Of a stretch of DNA of 64,000 bases, positions 30,683 through 40,653 are shown piece after piece; the stretch's first letter is position 1, and each line of letters opens with the position of its first letter. Location: the NCBI GenBank assembly GCA_018241645.1, contig JAFEDL010000017.1, forward strand, positions 33,057 through 97,056, written 5' to 3'. A program made the position numbers and the translations under genes. The notes beneath the pieces were generated by a model, which was not told where the DNA came from, searched no databases, and saw only the letters and a program-made list of their open reading frames with translations. This DNA is from Pseudomonadota bacterium. GTDB taxonomy: Bacteria; Pseudomonadota; Gammaproteobacteria; Burkholderiales; SG8-39.

Positions 30683-32152
30683 CTAGGATTTCGCGTGCTG
30701 GTGGGTGGCGTGGCGTGCGCCCGCGCCGTGGCCGCCGGGATGGCGCGCAACCCCGTACCACTGGGGCAGCAGGGACCCGGCCAGCATGCCGCAGACCGCC
30801 GCAATCAACCCCGCGAACTGCGGCGGGAAGAATCCCTCGGGCGCGGCCAGCTCGAGGCCGACCCAGGTGGCGAGGCCCAGCGCCATCGCCGCAGCGGCGC
30901 CTTGGGTCGTGGCACGCTTCCAGTACAGGCCGAACGCGAGCGGCGTGAAGGCCGCCACCAGCGTGATCTTGTAAGCGTTCTCCACCATGCCGTAGATCGT
31001 GGAATTTGAAGTCATGGCGAACGCCAGCACGCCCAGCGCAAAAAGCAGCACGACGATCCTCAACATGCGCAGGAACTGGTCGTCGGTGATGCCGGGAAAG
31101 AAGTTGCGCAGCACGTTCTCGGCAAACGTCACCGAGGGCGCCAGCAGCGTGGCCGAGGAACAGGACAGGATGGCGGCCAGCAGGGCGCCAAAGAACATCA
31201 CCTGCACGGCAAAGGGCGCATGGTCGAGGATCAGGCGCGGCAGGATGTACTGGGAATCCCTGGCGAGCAGGTCGGCCACCAGCTTCGGGTCGATGAGGCT
31301 GGCCGAGTAGGCGAGGAACATCGGCACGAACGCGAAGAAGAAGTAGATGCTCCCGCCGAGCACCGAGCCGAGCGCCGCCGTCTTCTCGTTCTTCGCAGCG
31401 CTCACGCGCTGGAAGACGTCCTGCTGCGGTATGGAGCCGAGCGCCATGGTCATCCAGGCTGCGGCGAAGGCGATCACGTCGCGCGGCTCGAGGCCGGGCC
31501 AGAAATCCAGCTTGCCCGCCGCACGCGCGTGCTCCACGACCGCGCCGGCGCCGCCCGCCATGCCGGAAACGACCACGGCGATGTAGACCATCCCCACGCC
31601 GATGATCAGCATCTGGAAGAGGTCGGTGAACGCCACCGAGAACATGCCGCCCGCCAGGGTGTAGACCAGCACGATCGCGACGCCGATCATCATCCCCTGC
31701 CACGGCGCCAGCGCCCCATCGGTCAGCACGTTGAACACCAGGCCCAGCGCCGTCACCTGCGCCGACACCCAGCCCAGGTAGGAGATCACGATGCAGATCG
31801 CCGCGGTGAGTTCCACCGCGCGGTTGTAGCGCGCGCGATAGAAGTCGCCGATCGTGAGCAGGCCCATGCGATACAGCGGGCGGGCGAAGAACAGGCCGAC
31901 GAAGATCAGGCACATCGACGAGCCGAACGGATCGGCAACCACCCCCTTCAGGCCTTCGTTCAGGAACTTGGAAGGAATTCCGAGCACCGTTTCGGACCCG
32001 AACCAGGTGGCGAACACCGTGGCCACGATGAACGGCAGCGGCAGGTGATGGCCGGCCACGACGAAGTCGGCGGAGTTTTTCACCTTCGTCGCGGCATACA
32101 GGCCGATGCCCACGGACACCACGAGGTAAAGAATGACGAACTGGAGCAGCAT
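30683..32152 (-). CDS. Sodium:solute symporter family transporter
   Basis: 489-aa polytopic protein with the SSS-family N-terminus DFVVAGHHLPLPFIVATVFATWFGSETVLG. Confidence 0.85.
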   Translation of the reverse strand: MLLQFVILYLVVSVGIGLYAATKVKNSADFVVAGHHLPLPFIVATVFATWFGSETVLGIPSKFLNEGLKGVVADPFGSSMCLIFVGLFFARPLYRMGLLTIGDFYRARYNRAVELTAAICIVISYLGWVSAQVTALGLVFNVLTDGALAPWQGMMIGVAIVLVYTLAGGMFSVAFTDLFQMLIIGVGMVYIAVVVSGMAGGAGAVVEHARAAGKLDFWPGLEPRDVIAFAAAWMTMALGSIPQQDVFQRVSAAKNEKTAALGSVLGGSIYFFFAFVPMFLAYSASLIDPKLVADLLARDSQYILPRLILDHAPFAVQVMFFGALLAAILSCSSATLLAPSVTFAENVLRNFFPGITDDQFLRMLRIVVLLFALGVLAFAMTSNSTIYGMVENAYKITLVAAFTPLAFGLYWKRATTQGAAAAMALGLATWVGLELAAPEGFFPPQFAGLIAAVCGMLAGSLLPQWYGVARHPGGHGAGARHATHQHAKS

Positions 32153-32219
32153 AGGGTTTCTGTCGTGCAGACGCCGCCATCATATCGAGCGCTGCCGCGC
32201 CTGCCAACGCCGCCGGCCG

Positions 32220-32594
32220 TCAGGCGTCGAGTTCGTCCGCCCTGAGCCCTGACTCCGCGGGCATCGCGATCCGCCGCGCGCCGATCACCGCCAGGCTGAG
32301 CGGAAGTTCGGCAAGCAGTTTTTCGAGGTTGGACGCATGCCCGGGGTCGGCGAGTTCGACGAAGGCGCGCCGCGCCCCGGTTTCCCGCAGGCCGCGGGCG
32401 AGCGACACCTGCAGCACCACCTTTCCCGTGCAGCACGGACACCCGGCTGACAGCTGCTTCAGGCCGCGGCCTGCTTGCGGCGGCGTGTTGACCAGACCGA
32501 GCCAGTCGCCCCGCTCCGCGCACAACCTCGCGATCAGCGCGCTCTTGCCCGAACCCGGGGCGCCCGTGACGATGTGCACCGGGATGCGCTCCAT
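32220..32594 (-). CDS. Small P-loop protein resembling the N-terminal half of COG0523/CobW GTPases
   Basis: 124 aa with Walker A VTGAPGSGKSAL, a GCPCCTGK motif (compare the GCxCC metal-binding motif of COG0523) and VELADPGHA (compare ETTGLADP). There is no NKxD motif and no C-terminal CobW domain. It starts 8 nt after the ntrX stop. Confidence 0.55.
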   Translation of the reverse strand: MERIPVHIVTGAPGSGKSALIARLCAERGDWLGLVNTPPQAGRGLKQLSAGCPCCTGKVVLQVSLARGLRETGARRAFVELADPGHASNLEKLLAELPLSLAVIGARRIAMPAESGLRADELDA

Positions 32595-32602
32595 CTCCAG
32601 CC

Positions 32603-33850
32603 TCAGCCTTCCTCGCGGCGCCCTACCGGAAGCCCCAGGGCCTTCAGTTTCCTGTACAGGTGGGTGCGTTCAAGGCCGGTGCGGTCCGCCACCTTCGACA
32701 TGCTGCCGTTCTCGCGCGAGAGCTGGTACTCGAAGTACAGCTTTTCGAACGCATCGCGCGCCTCGCGGTACGGCTGGTCCAGCGGCAGCTCGCCGGCCGC
32801 CATCGGCGCCGAATGCGCGGACAGGACGCGCTCGACGTCGCTGAGCTGGACCTCCTCGTCCAGCGCGGTGAGCGCCAGGTTTTTTACTACCGCGGCCAGC
32901 TGCGCGAGGTTGCCCGGCCACGAATGGTGCCGCAACGCGTTCAGCGCGGCAGTCGAGAACCTCCGCGGAGGGCAAACGCGGCCCTCCACCAGCTGGGCGA
33001 GCTCGAGCGCGGCGATGTCGGGAACTTCTTCGGCGAATTCCCGCACCGCCGGCAGCGCGATGACGAGCTCGGACAACCGCGTAGCGAGGTCGGCGTCGAA
33101 GTCGTGCTCGGAGACGAGGCGCTGCGGCTCCACCAGCGAAAAGGACACCACGCGCGCCTTGTGCTTCTCGGCCCGTACGAGGAGGAACTCGAGGTTCTTC
33201 TGCTCGTTGCGCGACAGGCCCGCGAGGTCGGACACGAAAAGGATGCCTCCCGCCGCCCGGGAGAGCACCTCCGAAGGCGGGTCGTTCAGCGCTTCGATGC
33301 CGGTGACGAAAGGCGCGCCCGCGGACAGCAGGTGCCGGACGAATATCTCCGACTGCATGCCCCGCTCGCCGCGCAACATCAGCGGCGCGCCGACCTGGGC
33401 CAGCTGCGCGAGGCGCTTCTTGAGCTCGGCCAGCGCGGCCGAACGGCCGAGGGCCGCCAGCGAGAGGCGCCGCGCCACCGGCGCGTCCTGGTTGCGCAGG
33501 GCGCGCTTCACGGTGGCGAGCAGGCGCTGCAGGGCGATCGGCTTCTCGAGGTAATCCAGCGCGCCGATGCGCGTCGCCTCGACCGCGGTTTCGATCGTGC
33601 CGTGCCCGGACATCATGACGACGGGCATCGTCAGCTGGCCGTTCCCGGCCCATTCCTTCAGCAGCGTGATGCCGTCGGTGTCGGGCATCCAGATGTCGAG
33701 CAGCACGAGGTCGGGACGCTGGGCGCCCCGCACGCGCCGGGCCGCGCCGGCATTCTCCGCGAGCAGCACCTGGTGGCCCTCGTCGGCCAGGATTTCCGAG
33801 AGCAGTTCGCGGATGCCGATTTCGTCGTCGACGACAAGGATCTGGGCCAT
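32603..33850 (-). CDS. ntrX: NtrX-type response regulator with degenerate AAA+ domain
   Basis: 415 aa with a receiver domain (ILVVDDE...LDIWMPDTDG) and a central sigma-54-activator-like region. That region retains WPGNLAQL but lacks the Walker A lysine (RGERGMQSE) and GAFTGA. The C-terminus has an HTH (SKVADRTGLERTHLYRKLKALG). Confidence 0.8.
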   Translation of the reverse strand: MAQILVVDDEIGIRELLSEILADEGHQVLLAENAGAARRVRGAQRPDLVLLDIWMPDTDGITLLKEWAGNGQLTMPVVMMSGHGTIETAVEATRIGALDYLEKPIALQRLLATVKRALRNQDAPVARRLSLAALGRSAALAELKKRLAQLAQVGAPLMLRGERGMQSEIFVRHLLSAGAPFVTGIEALNDPPSEVLSRAAGGILFVSDLAGLSRNEQKNLEFLLVRAEKHKARVVSFSLVEPQRLVSEHDFDADLATRLSELVIALPAVREFAEEVPDIAALELAQLVEGRVCPPRRFSTAALNALRHHSWPGNLAQLAAVVKNLALTALDEEVQLSDVERVLSAHSAPMAAGELPLDQPYREARDAFEKLYFEYQLSRENGSMSKVADRTGLERTHLYRKLKALGLPVGRREEG

Positions 33851-33857
33851 GGGGTCC

Positions 33858-35978
33858 TCAGGCCGCCCGGGCCGATGCGCTGCCGCCGTCGGGCACCGGC
33901 AGCAGGATGGTTACGGACGCGCCGCTGCGCGGGTGGTTCTCGATCGCGATCTCGCCGTGGTGCTCGTCGACGATCTTCTTGACGATGGCAAGCCCCAGGC
34001 CAGTGCCGCGCGGCTTGGTGGTGACGTAGGGCTCGAAGATGCGCGCCATGAGTTCCTCCGGAAATCCCCCTCCGTTGTCGCTCACCACAAGGCGCACCCC
34101 GTCGCCGGCGAGCTCGGTGCGCACCTCGATTGCCGCGTCGGGGGCCTTCATCGCGCCAAGCGCATCCTGTGCGTTCTGGACCAGGTTGTGCAGGACCTGG
34201 CGGATCTGGGCGGAATCGGCAAATACCCGGGGTACTGCGGGGGCGAGCTTGCGGTGAATCGGGATGCTCGAGGTTTCGTACATGGACAGCACTTCCGCGA
34301 CGAGCGCGTTCAGGTCCAGCGGCGCCAGCACCGGCGCGGGCAGCCGGGCGTAGTCACGGAAATCGTCGACCATCGATTTCAGCGCCGCTACCTGGTTCAC
34401 GATCGTCTGCGTGCCGCGCTTAAGCGTTTCCGCGTCCGCCGGCCCAAGCTTGTCGGCCAGCTTCATCTCCATCCTTTCGGCGGACAGCTGGATCGGGGTC
34501 AGCGGATTCTTGATCTCGTGCGCGAGGCGCCGGGCAACCTCGGCCCAGGCCGTGGCCCGCTGCGCCTGGATGAGTTGCGTCACGTCGTCGAACACGAGCA
34601 CGTAACCGGAGGGCAGGGGCGTGCCGCGGGCGAGCAGCGTCTTGCCGGTGCCGGGCAGCACCAGCTCGAGCTGCCAGCTTTTCTCCCCGTGGCCGGCGAA
34701 CGCCTCGCCCACGGGCCCGGCAAAGGATTCGAAGCCGGCCCACTCGCCAAGCGCGCGGCCGTTCAGCGCCCCGAGTTCCCCGCCGAGGATCGCCGCGGCG
34801 CCGTGGTTGAAGATCGACAGCCTGAGCTCCCGGTCGAACACCAGCACCCCCGCGGACAGGTTGGCGAGGATGTTCTCCAGGCGGGCCTTGGCGGTTTCCA
34901 GCTGGATGCGGTTGGATTCCACCACTTGGCGCGCCTCGTCGAGCTGGCGCGTCATGCTGTTGAACGATTCGAGCAGCACGCCCAGTTCGTCCCGGCTGGT
35001 GACCGGCATGCGGCGCGAAAAATCGCCGCGGGCCACGGCCTGCGTCGCCTGCGCGAGTTCCGACAGGGGCGCCGACATGCGGTCCGACAGGATGAACGCC
35101 AGCGCAACCGCGGAAAACAGCGCCATCAGCAGGGCCAGCGTGAGCGTGACGATGTAGCTTCGCTTCAGGCCTTGGCGCGACAAAGACAGCTTCCTGTAGT
35201 CGCTGTACACCGCCTCGACGGATTCGGCACTCTTTGCGAGCGCTTCCGGCACGGGATGGCGCAGCTGCAGGTAGCGGGTCTCGTCCGAGATTGTTGATCC
35301 TGCAATCGGGACGATCGCGCGCAGGCCGAGCGGCTTTCCGGGCAGGGAGTCGATCGACGTCAGGCCGCGGTTGGTGCGCGCCTGCCTCAACTGGGTGGAG
35401 CTCGGCAGTTCGGGCACGAGTTGCGACAGGTTGTCGCTGGCGCTGGCGACCAGGCGCCCGTTGGCCGCGACGACCACCGCGTCTTCCACGCCGGCCTGCT
35501 GGCGCAGGCGGTTGAGCGCAACCACCTGCTGGCTGTCGGAGCGATCGGAAAGCTCGAGCGCCATGGCGCGCGCCTTCACGTTCAGTTCGGCGAGCATCTG
35601 GTCGACTGCGGCCTGGCCCAGCTTGATGCCGCCCTCCAGCGCGCTGTCCACGCTCACGTCGAACCAGGACTCGATGCTCTTGGACAGGAACTGCACGGAC
35701 ACCGTGTACACGAGCACACCCGGAATCACGGCGATCGCCGCGAACAGGACGAGGAAGCGCAGCGTGAGGCGGGACCCGAACACGCGCTGCCTGAGCCTGC
35801 GCCGCAGCGAAATGAGCTGGTATCCCACCAGGGCAAGCAGGGCCGCGGCAAGTATGGCGTTCAGCCCCAGCAGGAGCGAATAGTGCTCGGCGAACAGCGA
35901 CGTGTTGGCACTTGCCGTCGCCAGCAGGAAGAGCAGGACGCCGGCGAGGGACATGCCCAGGATCAGCAGCGTCTTCAC
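33858..35978 (-). CDS. ntrY: NtrY-type sensor histidine kinase
   Basis: Track ORF 33858-36782 trimmed to GTG 35978 (VKTLLILGMSLAGVLLF...), which overlaps the DUF4390 stop (GTGA). N-terminal TM segments are followed by HAMP and PAS regions, the H-box LAHEIKNPLTPI and a HATPase C-terminus (DNGGGF...GTGLGLAIV). Confidence 0.8.
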   Translation of the reverse strand: MKTLLILGMSLAGVLLFLLATASANTSLFAEHYSLLLGLNAILAAALLALVGYQLISLRRRLRQRVFGSRLTLRFLVLFAAIAVIPGVLVYTVSVQFLSKSIESWFDVSVDSALEGGIKLGQAAVDQMLAELNVKARAMALELSDRSDSQQVVALNRLRQQAGVEDAVVVAANGRLVASASDNLSQLVPELPSSTQLRQARTNRGLTSIDSLPGKPLGLRAIVPIAGSTISDETRYLQLRHPVPEALAKSAESVEAVYSDYRKLSLSRQGLKRSYIVTLTLALLMALFSAVALAFILSDRMSAPLSELAQATQAVARGDFSRRMPVTSRDELGVLLESFNSMTRQLDEARQVVESNRIQLETAKARLENILANLSAGVLVFDRELRLSIFNHGAAAILGGELGALNGRALGEWAGFESFAGPVGEAFAGHGEKSWQLELVLPGTGKTLLARGTPLPSGYVLVFDDVTQLIQAQRATAWAEVARRLAHEIKNPLTPIQLSAERMEMKLADKLGPADAETLKRGTQTIVNQVAALKSMVDDFRDYARLPAPVLAPLDLNALVAEVLSMYETSSIPIHRKLAPAVPRVFADSAQIRQVLHNLVQNAQDALGAMKAPDAAIEVRTELAGDGVRLVVSDNGGGFPEELMARIFEPYVTTKPRGTGLGLAIVKKIVDEHHGEIAIENHPRSGASVTILLPVPDGGSASARAA

Positions 35979-36589
35979 CGGGCCGGTCCTTCGTCGCGCT
36001 TTTCCGCGGGTGCCGCCGGGGCCGGAGACGCGGGGGACGCGGGGCGCCAGGTGAACCGCCGCCAGTCGGAATCGAGGTGCCACTCGCGGCTCGTCAGGGC
36101 GTTGACCTGGAACGGCTTGGGCAGCAGCGCGAGGTCGAGGCGCATGCGCACCGCCGCCTGGTAAGTGGTGTCGGCCAGGGGCACGCTCTTGTCCATGACA
36201 TGCCAGCCGCGCACGCGCCGCAGCACCGCGAGCGCCTCGGAAAGCGACGCGTAGTTCTGCTGCAGCAGACCGGTCGAAAGCCGGAAGTGGCGCGACAGCG
36301 CATGGTAGGAGAGGCGGGTCTGCAAACGCTTGGTGGCCGTCTTCTCGTCGAACCAGTACCAGCGCGGCTGGGTCAGTTCGAATTCGACCACGAAGTACAG
36401 CGGCACGCCGTTGGTCACGGCCTGCTCGAGCCGGGCATTGAAGTCGAAGCCGAAATCGGCGTTTAGGGCCAGGCCTTCCTCGGTCTGTTCCAGGCGCGCG
36501 TCGCGGATCTCGATGTCGTCGGCCGACGCAGCCTGCGCGCCGAGCAGGAGCGCAAGCACGACTGCCAGCTTCGAGAGGGTGCCGCGCAT
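35975..36589 (-). CDS. DUF4390-family periplasmic protein
   Basis: Track ORF 35975-36760 trimmed to ATG 36589 (MRGTLSKLAVVLALLLGAQAASA signal peptide). It occupies the conserved position between rsmB and ntrY. Confidence 0.65.
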   Translation of the reverse strand: MRGTLSKLAVVLALLLGAQAASADDIEIRDARLEQTEEGLALNADFGFDFNARLEQAVTNGVPLYFVVEFELTQPRWYWFDEKTATKRLQTRLSYHALSRHFRLSTGLLQQNYASLSEALAVLRRVRGWHVMDKSVPLADTTYQAAVRMRLDLALLPKPFQVNALTSREWHLDSDWRRFTWRPASPASPAPAAPAEKRDEGPAR

Positions 36590-36603
36590 TGCGCTGGTCG
36601 GGG

Positions 36604-37869
36604 CTATTTTTGTAGGAGCGCGAAAAAGAATCCGTCGTGGTCCGCATCCGGCACGAGTTGCGCCGGCGCGTTCCCGGGGAGTCCGAGCCTGCGGGCCTCG
36701 GGGTGCCGCGCGCAAAACGCATCCACGACCGCCGCGTTCTCCTCGGGAAACACGGAACACGTAACGTAGAGCAATTTACCATCCGGCGCGAGCACCCGCC
36801 ACAGGGCTTCTAGTATGCGCGCCTGGCCCCCGGCGAAGCGCGCCGGGTCTCCCGGACGGCGCAGCCACTTGATATCGGGGTGGCGGCGCACGATTCCGGA
36901 GGCCGTGCAGGGCACGTCGGCCAGGATCCGGTCGAAGGGCCGCCCGTCCCACCAGTCATCCGGCCGGGCGCTGTCGGCGGCCTGGACGCGCGCGGAAAGC
37001 CCGAGCCGCTCGAGATTCTGCTGCACGCGTTCGCAGCGGGACGCGTCGGAATCGAGGGCGAGGAGGTCGACCTCGGCCAGCTCCAGGACGTGGCACGCCT
37101 TGCCTCCGGGCGCGGCGCAAGCGTCCAGCACGTGCTGGCCATTGGACAGATCGAGATAGCGCGCCGCGAGCTGCGCGCCGGGATCCTGGACGGAGACCTC
37201 GCCCGCGGCAAACCCCGGCAGGCTCTCGACGCGCACCGGCCGCTCCAGCACCAGAGCGCTCTCGCCCACCCGGCGGGCATGCATCCCGGCAGCTTCGATT
37301 CGCGCGAGATACTCGTCCGGCGAAGCGCGGCGGCGATTGACCCGCAGGCCCATCGGGGGACGGCAATTGCCTTGCGCGAGGACGGCTTGCCAACTTTCCG
37401 GATAGGCGTTGCGCAGCGCATCGATCCACCATTGCGGATGCATGTTTTGCGCAACGGGGTCGGCCGCGGTTCGCGCATCGAGCGCCCCGCGCTCGCGCAG
37501 GAACCGGCGCAGCAGGGCATTTACGAAGCCCTTGGCCGCCGGCTTGTTCATGACACCGCACGCCTTCACTCCCTGGTCTACCGCGACGTGGTCGGCATAG
37601 CTTGCGGATTCGATTGCGTACAGGGCGCACAGGAGCAGGGCCCGGATCTGCGGATCGGGCGTGCCGCGATTGGCAAGCGCGTCCACGAGGGCGTCTCCGC
37701 GGCCATAGCGGCGCAAAGTGCCGAAGACCATGTCCATCGTGGCGCCGCGCATCGGCCCATCCGTTCCGAACGCGGCCGGGTTTGCGGCGAGGCTCTCCCC
37801 GGCGGCAACGCGCGCCACGATCCGGCTCGCGGCCGCAAACACCGCGGACAGTTCGGGGGCGGCGCTCAA
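36604..37869 (-). CDS. rsmB: 16S rRNA (cytosine967-C5)-methyltransferase
   Basis: 421 aa with a NusB-like N-terminal domain. The RsmB/Sun methyltransferase core includes DACAAPGGKA and PCTASGIVRRHPDIKW. The track start at 37869 is TTG. Confidence 0.9.
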   Translation of the reverse strand: MSAAPELSAVFAAASRIVARVAAGESLAANPAAFGTDGPMRGATMDMVFGTLRRYGRGDALVDALANRGTPDPQIRALLLCALYAIESASYADHVAVDQGVKACGVMNKPAAKGFVNALLRRFLRERGALDARTAADPVAQNMHPQWWIDALRNAYPESWQAVLAQGNCRPPMGLRVNRRRASPDEYLARIEAAGMHARRVGESALVLERPVRVESLPGFAAGEVSVQDPGAQLAARYLDLSNGQHVLDACAAPGGKACHVLELAEVDLLALDSDASRCERVQQNLERLGLSARVQAADSARPDDWWDGRPFDRILADVPCTASGIVRRHPDIKWLRRPGDPARFAGGQARILEALWRVLAPDGKLLYVTCSVFPEENAAVVDAFCARHPEARRLGLPGNAPAQLVPDADHDGFFFALLQK

Positions 37870-38802
<933 letters not shown>

Positions 38803-38885
38803 CTAAGCAATCCCGGGAAGGCTCGTGGCGGGCGCGTACTGCGCTTGGTCAATGCAAGCGCCGGGAGCCACGTGCCCCCGGTTCT

Positions 38886-39389
38886 TCAGGCGCTCTTTCT
38901 GAGCTGCTTGGCGAGCCTGGCGCGGACGCGTGTCTGTTTCAGCTGCGACAGGTACTCTACGAATACCTTGCCCTTGAGGTGATCCATTTCGTGCTGGATG
39001 CATACCGCGAGCAATCCCTGGGCCTCGAGAAGGAACGACTTTCCGTTGGCGTCCCAGGCCCGCACCTTGACCCGTTCGGCGCGGGGGACCGTGTCGTAAA
39101 TCCCCGGCACGGACAGGCACCCTTCCTCGATATCCGACTCCCCGTGGCGCTCGATGATTTCTGGATTTACAAGCGTAATCAAAGAGTCACGACGTTCGGA
39201 CACGTCGACAACGATCACCTGCTTGTGCACATCGACCTGGGAGGCGGCAAGCCCGACCCCCGGCGCGGCGTACATGGTCTCCGCCAGGTCATCCGCCAGT
39301 TTCCTGAGCGAGGCATCGAAAACGGTCACCGGCGCAGCCACCTTGTGGAGCCGGGCGTCGGGATATCGGAGGATGTTCAGAATGGACAT
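38886..39389 (-). CDS. def: Peptide deformylase
   Basis: 167 aa with all three PDF motifs: [17 protein letters not shown] and QHEMDHL. Confidence 0.95.
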   Translation of the reverse strand: MSILNILRYPDARLHKVAAPVTVFDASLRKLADDLAETMYAAPGVGLAASQVDVHKQVIVVDVSERRDSLITLVNPEIIERHGESDIEEGCLSVPGIYDTVPRAERVKVRAWDANGKSFLLEAQGLLAVCIQHEMDHLKGKVFVEYLSQLKQTRVRARLAKQLRKSA

Positions 39390-39418
39390 TGGAAGTGGAA
39401 ATAAGCTTGCTGACAGAG

Positions 39419-39455
39419 CAATTTACATACACAATCTCATGCGGTATGTAAATTG
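39419..39455. repeat. Perfect 12-bp AT-rich inverted repeat in the def / LysM-gene divergent intergenic region
   Basis: CAATTTACATAC (39419-30), a 13-nt spacer, then GTATGTAAATTG (39444-55). The arms are exact reverse complements. Confidence 0.8.
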
Positions 39456-39534
39456 TCTGGGCTTTATGCTACATTTGGGCGGCAAAAGGGTTTATCAAGC
39501 GGGTCTTACAAGCCGACCGGACATCGGGGGCTCC

Positions 39535-40593
39535 ATGCACTATCAGTTGCGTAAGTCTATCACAACGCTCGTTTTTGTCCTTTGTTCCGGACTCGGAACC
39601 GGCGCCTTGGCGCAGGTCGCGCCCAGCGAACTCAAGGCGGACGCGCCGGATCGCTATGTCGTGGTTCCCGGGGACACGCTCTGGTCGATCGCCGAGCGCT
39701 TCCTGAGCGCTCCTCAGCGCTGGCCGCAGCTGTGGAACATGAACAAGGAAACCCTCAAGAACCCTCACCGCATCTACCCGGGCGACGTCCTGGTGCTGGA
39801 CCGGGCCAAGGGGCAGCTTGCCGTTTCCGATACCGTGAAGCTCTCACCCAAGGTGCGCGCCGAGGGGGTCGAAGCCAAGGCGATCCCGAGCATCCCGCCC
39901 AACCTGATCGAGCCCTTCCTGACGCGGCCCCTGGTGATCGAACCCGACGGACTGGACAACGCGCCGACGATCGTGGCCACCGAAGAGAACCGCGTGATCC
40001 TCGGCGCCGGCAACGTTGCTTACGTGCAGGGCATCGGAAACTCCAAGGAAGAGACCTGGCACGTCTACCGGCGCGGCAAGGCGCTGATCGATCCGGACAA
40101 CAACGTCAACATCGGTTACGAGGCCACGTTCCTCGGCACGGCGCGCGTGCGCAACCCGGGCGAGCCGGCCACGGTGGAGATTGTTGCCGCCGGGCAGGAG
40201 ATCACCAAGGGCGACAAGCTCGTCGCGGCGGGACGGCCGCCGGTGCCGAACTATGCGCCGCACGCTCCGGCCGGACAGGTGCGCGGCCGTGTAATGTCCA
40301 TTTATGGCGGCGTAGGCGAGGGCGGCCGCAACTCCGTCATTACGCTGAACCGCGGAAAAGCCGACGGCCTCGAGGTCGGGCACGTGCTCGCGCTCCTGCG
40401 CCTCGGCGCGACGGTCGGAGAGAAACGCGGCATGCTTGGCTATGGCGAAGCGGCGCCGGCCGGCGCCTTGAAGGTTCCCGACGAACGCTACGGCCTCGTG
40501 TTCGTATTCCGGGTATTCGATCGTGTATCGTATGCGCTTGTGATGAACGTATCGAGAACGGTCAAGCCATTGGATGTCGTCCAGAACCCCTAA
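39535..40593 (+). CDS. LysM-domain peptidoglycan-binding protein
   Basis: Track ORF 39154-40593 trimmed to ATG 39535. Signal peptide MHYQLRKSITTLVFVLCSGLGTGALA and LysM motif YVVVPGDTLWSIAERFL...YPGDVLVL. Confidence 0.75.
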   Translation: MHYQLRKSITTLVFVLCSGLGTGALAQVAPSELKADAPDRYVVVPGDTLWSIAERFLSAPQRWPQLWNMNKETLKNPHRIYPGDVLVLDRAKGQLAVSDTVKLSPKVRAEGVEAKAIPSIPPNLIEPFLTRPLVIEPDGLDNAPTIVATEENRVILGAGNVAYVQGIGNSKEETWHVYRRGKALIDPDNNVNIGYEATFLGTARVRNPGEPATVEIVAAGQEITKGDKLVAAGRPPVPNYAPHAPAGQVRGRVMSIYGGVGEGGRNSVITLNRGKADGLEVGHVLALLRLGATVGEKRGMLGYGEAAPAGALKVPDERYGLVFVFRVFDRVSYALVMNVSRTVKPLDVVQNP

Positions 40594-40653
40594 CGACCCG
40601 CCCCCACCCCGCCGGCCGCCACGCGGACCGGCGTCTCCGCACTGCCGGCCCAC

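Noticed and set aside
35979-36782. N-terminal extension making a 974-aa NtrY ORF; similar upstream extensions occur in the dnaA ORF (49996-50364), apaH ORF (9304-9789), pcaG ORF (23754-24167) and thioesterase ORF (24917-25798)
   Set aside because: The extensions overlap well-supported upstream genes (DUF4390, rpmH promoter region, comM, pcaH, MFS) in another frame and are low-complexity. Internal starts coincide with the beginning of family homology and with stop/start junctions.
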